From Octopus vulgaris (taxonomy: Eukaryota), in assembly GCA_951406725.2 (NCBI GenBank), contig OX597831.1, forward strand, positions 23,746,001 to 23,810,000: a stretch of 64,000 nt of DNA, in the 5' to 3' direction. This document shows positions 53,018-64,000 of the stretch, piece by piece (the stretch's first letter is position 1; each line of letters begins with the position of its first letter). The notes beneath the pieces are model-generated. The model was not told where the DNA came from. It saw nothing but the letters and a program-made list of their open reading frames with translations, and did not search any database. A program made the position numbers and the translations under genes.

Positions 53018-53163
53018 ATATAGCCACACCTACACCTTTATAGCCACACCCTACACCTTTATAGCCACACCCTACACCTATATAGCCACACCCTACATCT
53101 ATATTGCCACACTTACACCTACATAGCCACGCCCACATCTATATAGCCATGCTTACATCTATA
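53018..53163. repeat. About 21 bp minisatellite (about 7 copies) adjoining a minus-strand family A fragment (52862-53000)
   Basis: TATAGCCACACCCTACACCT(A/T) repeated. Confidence 0.85.
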
Positions 53164-53843
53164 ACTTTTTTGTTTACTTTAAATAATCAAACTTAGCAGA
53201 AAAAATAAAAAGCAAGAAAGAAGCTGCTTAATACTTTGAAGCACAGAATTTATGAACATTTAGTATAGTTTGGAGATGTTTATATTTAAAGAAAAAGAAT
53301 AAAACACTTATCTTCAGTCTCATTCTTCCTTGCTTGGCAACATTCCAACAAAATATTATTAAAGGAAAATAAAATGGATTAAAGAAATAAAATAAGAAGA
53401 AAAAAATCATCGTTATAGAATCAATGAATAAATTAATTTATTGGGTTTTCTTCAAAACTTTAAGTCACAAAATAGATATGACACAGTCAATATCTCACTA
53501 TAACTAGATGAGATTGAAATTAATCTGTGATCAAAGAGGGGGTCATGTTGAGGAAATTATTTAAAAATACAGTCAAGACAAAAAAACAAAAAAGAAAAAA
53601 AACGAAAGAAATTTGAAAAAATTTCTTTACACATTCAAGATTGAAGATATATATTCATCAAACATCTAGCATTTAAGAGATGCACTAATGTATAAATGCA
53701 GCTGGTGTCAAAATAAGCATACTTCGTTTCCAAGCAGATGTTTCCAGGTCCTTCAGAAAATTATGTTGCAACAAAAATAGGCACCAGTAAGTCTGAATTG
53801 TTGAAGTGCGATAGAGCAGAAGGAAATGTGTGCATATGCATGC

Positions 53844-53887
<44 letters not shown>

Positions 53888-53890
53888 TAT

Positions 53891-53944
<54 letters not shown>

Positions 53945-53982
53945 GTATCTATATAAATATATATATATATATATATAGATAC

Positions 53983-54020
<38 letters not shown>

Positions 54021-54475
54021 CTATACATAATTGTGTGTATATATGTATACATTTCTATGTGTGTATATTCGTATACGACATGTGTAATATAAATAGAATG
54101 GAGATCTTGACAAATTCATTTAATTGAATATAACTTCTTCAAGACATTGAAACAGTTTCATCGTTTGGTGAAATATTTGTTGAGAATATTGACAATATTT
54201 ACCAACACCCAAACCCACACACAACATTATATGTATGTGTCTGTATGTATGTGCGCTTGTGTGTGTATAAATACATACAATATATATATATATATATATA
54301 CATATATATACCTTGTGTGTGTGTTTGTGTGCATATATATATATTTGTGCTATTGGATGGTCTTGAACTCTTTGTTAAGAGTCCCACCTGTGAAGTATCG
54401 GTTCTAGTAAGGTTGAAACAATTGTAGTGATTAATGAAAATTCTTTCTGCTATCTTCCATCTTCCATCTCTCATT

Positions 54476-54506
<31 letters not shown>

Positions 54507-54670
54507 GGCGTAGGAGTGTCTGTGTGGTAAGTAGCTTGCTTACCAACCACATGGTTCCGAGTTCAGTCTTACTCCATGGCACCTTGGGCAAGTGTCTTCC
54601 ACTATAGCCTCGGGCTGACCAAAGCCTTGTGAGTGGATTTGGTAGACAGAAACTGAAAGAAGCCCGTCGT
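54507..54670 (+). mobile_element. SINE family A 5' half
   Basis: Head through GAAAGAAGCCCGTCG. Further family A pieces at about 55060-55410 and 55735-55955. Confidence 0.8.
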
Positions 54671-54688
54671 ATATATGTATATATATAT

Positions 54689-54737
<49 letters not shown>

Positions 54738-55233
54738 TAAATGAAATAAAACATATGCATATATATAAACATATATGTACGTACCTACCTCTACATGTAC
54801 ATATACACGCATATATGAGTACAGGACACCAAAGGGACGTCAAACACAAAGAGAAACGAAAACATAGACACAAACCAAAGGAACTGGACATTTTTTTAAA
54901 GACAACAGAAAATGGAGTACAGGACAATTAACACAAAGAAAAAAACCTTCTTCAGTCGCTATGGTTTCGAGCAATCAAAATTCTCATAGAAATGGTCCCA
55001 TGATAAACAATGATGTGGCTATTAAAATTCATAACAGAACGTGTGTAAAATGTTAAAGGAGGTGCAGGAATGGCTGTGTAGTAAGCAGTTTGTTTACCAG
55101 CCACATGGTTCTGGGTTCAGTCCCACTGTGTGGCACCTTGGGCATGTGTCTTCTACTATAGCCTTGGGCCAACAAAGCCTTGTGAGTGGATTTGTTAGAC
55201 AGAAACTGGTAGACAGAAACTTAAATAAGCCTG

Positions 55234-55268
<35 letters not shown>

Positions 55269-55452
55269 CATGTGGGTGTATGTTTGTGTTTGTCCCCTTA
55301 CCATCACTTGACAACCGATGTTGGTGTGTTTACATCCCTATAACTTAATGGTTTGGCAAAAGAGGCCGATAGGATAAGTACTAGGCTTACAAATAATAAG
55401 TCCTGAGGTCATAAACTGGCCCCTACCCCACTATAATAAATATATATATATA

Positions 55453-55647
55453 TGACCGCGTGTGTATCATTGGCGACTTTTTTTTCTTCCATCTTCCCTT
55501 CCTTGGATCTTTCTGAGGAAGAATTCCGCTCGAAACATTAAATTCTCCTCCTTTCTTTCTTTTCCTGAGTGTCCAATAACACTATACTTGTTCCACGTCC
55601 TTGCGTTGTTGTGTTTTCTCTTTGTGTTTTCATGCTTGGATTAACTT
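55453..55647 (+). mobile_element. Penelope-like terminal repeat with degenerate hammerhead (copy 2)
   Basis: Homologous to 29184-29390; 55510-55542 reads TTT-CTGAGGA-A-GAAT-TCC-GCTC-GAAA-CA-TT-AAA. Confidence 0.6.
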
Positions 55648-55680
<33 letters not shown>

Positions 55681-56788
55681 GTATGTATGTATATATATGT
55701 ATGTATGTATGTATATATTTATGTGTATGTGTGTGTCTTTGTGTCTGTGTTTGTCCTCCACCATTGTTTGATGACTGGTGATGGTGTGTTTGCATCCCCA
55801 TAACTTAACAATTTGGCAAAAAGTGACTGATAGAAAATGTACTTGGCTTTAAAAAATATAAGTCCTGGGATTGATTTATTCAACTGAAACCCTATTGTGG
55901 TGGTGCCCCAGCATGACCATAGTCAAATCACTGACGCAGGTAAAAGATAAAAGGATTTAAGAGCATTTATCTGTAAAAAATACAGATGCTATGTTAAACA
56001 GATAAAAATCATCTCATAAATATGTTAAAGGGACTCTGCTATAAGCAGTTACCTTTTTATACCATGACATGGTGTTTCATCCTGTTATCTCAGATAACTT
56101 ACTTCAATAATCATGGTGAGTTTGTTGTCAAAGATCTAAGGACCCCCATCAAACAGGGCAAAACCTGCAATACAGATAGATAAAAGGAAATGTCTCTGCC
56201 CTTAAAGGGGTTAATTCCTTCACCTTAATGCAGCGTATTCATTCCATTAGCTCGTCTATAACAAGGTACTTTATTAATTACTAACAATTTTTTTTTTTTA
56301 TTAATTACTTATAATTTCTCTTGAAAGATTTCCCTACTACGCAGAACATATCAAACTGATTACCGTTGAAACATCGAAGTTCTTGTTATGACGACCCTTA
56401 AAGAGTTACATTCTGACCTTACCACAACATCTTTCATCAAGTTGAAATAGGTTATGTCTAAGAAACAGAGGACATTTCCTAAATCCTACACTTATTGAAG
56501 GGAAATTTTTTCAGAAAACAACGTATAACTCATTTATTCTGATTGGAGAGATGTTTTTTTTTTCTTTTCTTTTTCCTTTTTTTTTTAAAGTTTTTTGTTT
56601 ATTGGATTTACGCAAATCTGTTTTTCCTTTCTGTGTCAGAATAAAGTAAATAAAAACTAATGTCCTCAGCTGCATTACACAATTTGATTCTGAACAAATG
56701 TGTTTATCCACACGGAAATAATAGAATAATGTGCTGTTAACGTTAATGTATGTCACATGAGATGTGTGGATATGTATATATATGTATA

Positions 56789-56857
<69 letters not shown>

Positions 56858-56867
56858 TTGTATATGC

Positions 56868-56926
<59 letters not shown>

Positions 56927-56979
56927 CATATATATACATATATTTGTATATGCATATATATACATATATATATATATGC

Positions 56980-57018
<39 letters not shown>

Positions 57019-58432
57019 TATATATATATACATATATGCATATATATATATATATATATGGACATATGCATATATATATATATATGCATAGATATATATA
57101 TATATATGCATATATATATGTATATATATGAATATATGCATATATATATGAGTGTGTGTGTGTATGTGTGTGTGTGCATGAATTTGTATATGTGTGTGTG
57201 TGTATGCACATATACATGTTTATCTCTTTGTGTAGGTTTGAACATTTTCTGACTCCGAAATATGATTATGCGATTGAGAATTTGTGTATGACTGTGTGTG
57301 TGCATGTGTACATGCGAGCAAGCACATTGCATTCATGTCCCAAAAGTTTCTGTACGAGGTGTTTTGCATGAATTACACATGTCTAACAGAGAGAGAGGGA
57401 AAGAGAAAGATAGACAAAGTGTGAGTAAGCAACGTGTGTGTGTGTTTGTTTGGGTTGGGAGGCATTGAAGATTTGTTTTTGACAATTTGTTTCACACTGC
57501 ACACACATATTCTGAACGTATGTAAAAGCAGATTTATGAGGTTATTTGTGTCTGTATGTCTTCAAAGGTGTGTATATATATATATATATATGTATGTATG
57601 TGTGTATGTATGTATGTATGTATACAATTTTGGCTGCATTTTTAAAAAGTGTGTATAAATGTTTGAAATTATTATTGTTGTTGTTTGGACTCAGATCAAT
57701 CTTGATTAAGCAGATTCCTGATCAAAGGCATTCCAGTCACCTTATCTCATTAAGACAGCGTATTTAAGATTACATTATCTGATGCGGTCTTTTTTGTTTA
57801 AAATGGCAAGGTTTGCTTTGAAGGAAATTTCGTTGCTAATTCTAACAAGTTACAAGTCTTCATAGAGTCTCCTTTTTAAGTTTCAGTTCGCTCGCGAATC
57901 AAATTAAGCCATTTCCTCTATGTACCAATCAAAAGAGTTACATAATACTTTGGGGGGAAAAAAATGTTCAAGCAAGGATACAGTCATTATGCAGACATCT
58001 TCAGATTTAGAAAGGAAAAGAATTCCTACATGATCATCTTGTGTCTGAAGGGGAAAGAAATCAACCTTTCAAAAACATCAGGTTCTGTTATCAAAACTGC
58101 AACTCACTCCTGCCTGTCCTCAAATTATAACAAGCATATGCTGTCATATGAGATGTGGATCAATAAATTAGGTCTGGTAGCAAGATGTAGACATTATATA
58201 TACATTGCTGTTAAATAAATCTCTCCCAATTATAAACTGGATATTTTTCATGGGTTGTAGAAGCCACAAATATCAAACACCATTTTTGCAACAATGAACG
58301 TAATAGTCTTTACTATGTTTTTGCGCTGTCAAAACACCGATCCACAATACAAATACCAATGATTGTACCTAGGTGTTACCTGCTAGTAAATCCTAAATTG
58401 TACCTGCTAGTAAGTCGATGACATGTTCAAAA

Positions 58433-58962
<530 letters not shown>

Positions 58963-59284
58963 AATAATTCCTCATCTCTTAAATATAGAACTGTATTATG
59001 TTCAAAATAGGTGATAATTTTTACCACACCCTAACATTCAGCCAAATATTGACCAACAGCAAAAATGTTTGCAAGTTAATGGAATCTTGCAACTTTTATA
59101 AAATTAAGATTTTCCACCAGGAACTACAAAGGCCAGAACTGAAATTTGTCATATATTTTGGTAAGAGTTCACCAACAACTTTTGGTTTTTTGATTGAATG
59201 TTACCTGTCCAGAGACCAGACAAATATATATCGATATGCATATAAGCAGATATGCACACACACATACATAAAGACACACACTCT

Positions 59285-59327
<43 letters not shown>

Positions 59328-60178
59328 CCCTCACTCACCATATGCTACATGAAAATATTTAAACTTTGATAAGTTGGTGACTCAATGACTGATATATAAA
59401 AGTTGTCGATATGCATATAAACATGTTTACCCATCCCCCCCCCATCTCATTCTCTTTATTTATACATTTTATGTGTGTATGGTGTTATTAATTCCATGTC
59501 ATATAAAACTGACTCAAAACAGAAAAAAATGTTTTTATACACGATACTTTTTATAATTCACATGAAACAGAATTTCTACAAAGTTACCAAATACAAATTA
59601 GTGGTTGATATCAGAGCGTCTCTGGTGAACAATTAAATTTGCTACAAAATAAAGGCATCTGCATAAATCTAGAAAAATGCCAAACTATATATGATCAGAT
59701 AAAGAAAAAACTCTTACTCAGCAAAAGTTAGATGTGTGCGGCAAACAAAATGTGAACGCTAATATATATATGACAGTAAAAAGCATCAAACTAACTTAGG
59801 TGAATTCAACAGAATTTAGTTCATAAAGTATTTAAGAGTTTGGTGTGAAATGTTTGAAAAAGTAAAACAAAGTTTGTTTTTAACAATACGAAAAAAAAAA
59901 AAATAAAGTGATAAATAAAATGATAAAAATCTTGATAAACGATCCTTTTTAAGGAAGGAGGTAGAAGTTAGGAAAGTGTGTGCATTTGCGAGTAAAAAAA
60001 ACTATCTTTCGGATCATTACGCTGTCCGATGTTTACTGACAAAATGATGTTAGTAAGCTTTGGTAAAGTGTAAATGACATCATTACGTATAAGAAGTTGA
60101 CTCGTTATATATATATCACAGATCTGATAAACAGAGATTTCTTAATACTATTCACTTCGTAGGTCGATGCAACTTATA

Positions 60179-60591
60179 CTCTTTTACTTGTTTCAGTCAT
60201 TTGACTGTGGCCATGCTGGAGCACCGCCTTTAGTCGAGCAAATCGACCCCAGGACTTATTTTTTGTAAGCCCAGGACTTATCCTATCGGTCTCTTTTGCA
60301 AAACTGCTAAGTTACGGGGACGTAAACACACCAGCATTGGTTGTCAAGCAGTGTTGGGGGGACAAACACAGGCACACAAACATATACACACACACATACA
60401 TATATGTATATACATATATACATATATACGATGGGCTTCTTTCAGTTTCCGTCTACCAAATCCACTCACGAGGCTTTGGTCAGCCCAAGACTATAGTAGA
60501 AGACACTCGCCCAAGGTGCCACGCAGTGTGACCGAACCCGGAACCATGTGGTTTGTAAGCAAGCTACTTACCACACAGCCACTCCTACGCC
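60179..60591 (-). mobile_element. SINE family A, full length
   Basis: Reverse complement of the family A pattern. Confidence 0.88.
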
Positions 60592-60603
60592 TATGCATAT
60601 TTA

Positions 60604-60819
60604 CAAGGGGGTGATGAAAATTCTTGGCTTTGGGCAAAAGAAAATACAAGAGGATTGGTTAATTATGATTTTATTCAACATATTCCCCTCTCCAATTCAT
60701 TCACTTATTGTAGCGGTCCTTTGGTTTTTATAAGCCCTGTAAAAGAACTCAGAAGACTGGGCCTCCAACCAGGTCTTTCATGATAACCTTAAAACTAGGA
60801 ACTTTTCAGTACCCACTCA
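60604..60819. mobile_element. Mariner-like MITE, copy 1 (about 216 bp)
   Basis: TA|CAAGGGGGTGATGAAAATTCTTGGCTT...AAACTAGGAACTTTTCAGTACCCACTCA|TA degenerate TIRs. Confidence 0.75.
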
Positions 60820-60855
60820 TATATATGTATGTGAATGTGTGTGTGTGTTAGTGTA

Positions 60856-61073
60856 TCAGGGGGTGTTGAAAAGTTCCTGGCTTTGGGTAGAAGAAAATAC
60901 AGGAGGATCATTCAGTTATGATTTTATCCAACCTATTCCCCTCTCAGGTTCATATATTTATTGCTGTGATCCTTCAGTTTTCTCTAAGCCCTGTAAGAGA
61001 ATTCAGAAGGCTGAGCCTCCAGCCTGGCCTTTCATGGTATCCTTAAAGCCAAGAACTTTTTAGCATCTCCTCA
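60856..61073. mobile_element. Mariner-like MITE, copy 2 (about 218 bp)
   Basis: TA|TCAGGGGGTGTTGAAAAGTTCCTGGCTT...AAGCCAAGAACTTTTTAGCATCTCCTCA|TA; homologous to copy 1 along its length. Confidence 0.75.
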
Positions 61074-61329
61074 TATGTCAACAGCAACTTAACCAGCAAT
61101 CCCACCAAGCATATGTATAAGAAAAGGTTTTTTTTTAATTTACAAATCATATCCGAATGTGACTGATGCCAGTGCCACTTTGACTGTGCTAGAACAACAT
61201 GATCTGGAGCAACATGAAATAAAGTGTCTTGCTTAAGAACATAACACCATGCTTCGTCCAGGAATCATATATATATATATACATATATATATTTGTGTGT
61301 GTATGTTTGTACAGCCATTGATTGCTAAA

Positions 61330-61455
61330 TCCACAAGTTTTTTATTCTCTGTCTCTTTATTTCCTCATATTCCTTTCTGCTGAAGAGCATAGACTTGAAA
61401 CATAAAAGACATTTTCCCTTTCCCAAGCATCAAACTAATACACCTGCTTGTATTT
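61330..61455 (+). mobile_element. Penelope-like terminal fragment with degenerate hammerhead
   Basis: 61373-61408 reads CTTT-CTGCTGA-A-GAGC-ATAG-ACTT-GAAA-CA-TA-AAAG; homologous to 22590-22870. Confidence 0.5.
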
Positions 61456-61686
61456 CAACTATATATATATATATATGTGTATGTATGTATATCTATATAT
61501 GTATGTATGTATGTCTATGTATGTATATATGTATGTATATATGTATGTATATATGTATACACACTTTCACACACACACAGAATTTCATTCTTAAAATTAT
61601 ATATTCAAATAATTGTATACACATATGTTCGTATAAAAATGTCATGTCTATGCATGTACACACACACACATGTTCATATGCATGTG

Positions 61687-61724
<38 letters not shown>

Positions 61725-62393
61725 TATATAGCATTAGTTACGCAATGCTTGCCTCTCTACTCCGCTCTTTCAGTATGCATTCATAAAAATCAATTTGGAA
61801 AATGAGAATGGGAAGATTCCACTGGTTTGGCCTTCAACAGGTCAGACAAGCCTATTACATTGATATCGGCCAAAGATAATGGAAAACAATGTCAGAGCTT
61901 GTTAGCTTTGAACTGAACAATATTCCTTAAAGGAAATGTTAGTGTAGCGCAAGAAAACCTGGTCTAACAGGCTACAGAATGCAAGGGGAAGAGGTGGAAG
62001 GTGGGAGGTGTAGGAGAAAAGGAAAGAGAAGAAAATAATCAATTTACAAACTAACTGAGCAATGTTGCTTGTAGGTGCACTCATTGAATGCACCGCAGGA
62101 AGCTTGACGGGCTTAGATAGTTGAGAAGAAGTGTGTGAGACATGGAGAGTAGAAAGAGAGTAAGAGAGATAGAGAGAGAGAGAGAGAAAGAAAGGGAGAG
62201 ATTACTGATGAGAGCTAAAGCTGGAAAGAAAGAAAAGAAGGAAGAAGTAAGAAGAAAGCAAAAAAAGAAACTGCATCAAATCATTTTATATGATTAGATG
62301 ATTGGCTATTAAAAAGAAATGCAAAAGTACACAATGATGTATGCGTGTGTGTATGCATATGTATGTATATATACACACACACATATATATATG

Positions 62394-62439
<46 letters not shown>

Positions 62440-62540
62440 GTACGTATGTATGTGTATGTTAGGTCCACCCCCACAAAGAAAAGCCTTGCTCAGGCCATGA
62501 TGCATATAGTGCAAATACAGGTCAGCTCTGATAGAACTGC

Positions 62541-62571
<31 letters not shown>

Positions 62572-62573
62572 AC

Positions 62574-62659
<86 letters not shown>

Positions 62660-63229
62660 CAGTATGTATGTACATGTGTCCATATGTAAACATACATACA
62701 CTCATATACATATTATATATTTAAGTATATCTTTATTTGCACACACACACACACATGCATACACACATTCATACATTCATACATACATACATACATATAT
62801 AGGTTTGTGTATGTCTGTGTGTGTGTAAAACAAATCAGTCAAATTGGCAGACTTGTTAGAGTATCAGATAGATAACTTTGCAGCAATAGTTGTAGCTACC
62901 TGTACTCTGAGTTCAAATCATACTTAAGTCAAATTTACTTTACAACCTATTGTGTGTATGAGTGTGTGTGGGGGGGCACAATAAAATATTATATCAGTTA
63001 AGCACTGGTATTTTCTCTTCTTTCTCTTCTCGAAGAATTTGACTTTAGTTAAACGTAGATAAAAATGGGGTTGGCCAAATTTAAATTACCTGAACTCCCC
63101 TATCTGTTGTGCCTCATCTCATGTTGCTCTACTTTCAGTTTGACACCTGATGTATGATACACAGTATACATGTTCAGACAACAACGATTTCATGGAGAGA
63201 ATAAACTGATGTGCAGCACATACATTTTA

Positions 63230-63465
63230 TCATCATCATCATCATCATTTAACGTCCGTTTTCCATGCTAGCATGGGTTGGACGGTTCAACCGGGGTCTG
63301 GAAAACCAGGCGGGTGCACCAGGCTCCAGTCTGATCTGGTAGTGTTTCTACAGCTGGATGCCCTTCCTAACACCAACCACTCTGTGAGTGTAGTGGGTGC
63401 TTTTTACATGCCACTGGCACAGGTGCCAGGGGAAGCTGGCAAAGGCCACGATCGGTTGGTGCTCA
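63230..63465 (-). mobile_element. Family D element
   Basis: CATCAT tail followed by the reverse-complement family D body. Confidence 0.85.
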
Positions 63466-63486
63466 CTATAAACATCAAATATTTAA

Positions 63487-63706
63487 CCCTTTTGTTACCA
63501 TATTTCTGGTGAGATGTTCTGTGTTTCTTTCAATTAATTTTAAATATAGCAAAGAATTCAGTAAAATAACTTAGCTATCATTCAGCTAGTGTTAGGAACA
63601 TAAATTGTGACTAAGGTTTGGTGGGGGATTTTAATTCAGAACTTTTGAATACAAGACATTTGTACTACTAAGACAGAGGCGGTTTCAGCCGGATTGGTAT
63701 TGAAAA
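63487..63706 (+). mobile_element. Second TTAA-type MITE family, right end degenerate
   Basis: TTAA|CCCTTTTGTTACC start; its 3' part is reverse-complement homologous to the sequence flanking 15353-15574. Confidence 0.5.
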
Positions 63707-64000
63707 ATAAATCCTTCCCATGTCATGGCATATGTATGTGTGAATGTGTGAGTGTGTGTGTGTTCTTGTCTTGATAAAGTGTTATGGCTGTGACCAACAT
63801 ACAAGACAGCATCCTTCATTTTCGAATCTTCTGTGAAAAGCCATCCAGCCATGGAAAAATATTAATTTGCTTTGAAACAGATGATTTGCCAACATGAAAG
63901 GCATCTGGATGTAGAAAACCTGATTCAACAAACTGCATGTGACCCAGGTAGGCATTGAAAAGTGGACATTAAAACAACAATGACCATGACGACTTGAGAC

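Noticed and set aside
56094-56121. 22 nt microexon (CTCAG|...CATG|GTGAGT)
   Set aside because: Splice motifs only, not frame-preserving; such motifs are expected by chance in 64 kb.

Overview
Very AT-rich, repeat-saturated eukaryotic (animal) DNA with no recognisable intact protein-coding gene. Almost all ORFs in the track are translations of (TA)n, (CA)n, (AAT)n and (GAT)n microsatellites or of SINEs. The microsatellite load and SINE families look like an octopod cephalopod genome (my inference from pattern recognition, not a database result); the window is probably intergenic or a long intron. Contents: dozens of tRNA-headed SINEs in several modular families (labelled A, B, C1/C2, E here), an RTE-tailed family D with 62-67 bp internal repeats, a decayed RTE LINE, three Tc1/mariner relics (two mariners, one DD37D maT), mariner-like and TTAA/piggyBac-like MITEs, Helitron/Helentron pieces and a Penelope-like GIY-YIG remnant. 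The most striking signal is about ten minimal type-I hammerhead ribozyme motifs. They include two fold-back elements carrying divergent hammerheads (27774-28125 and 58433-58962); the second fuses a tRNA-like Pol III head to the hammerhead. There is also a candidate recursive splice site at 41815/41816. Coordinates were read by eye and repeat boundaries are approximate.
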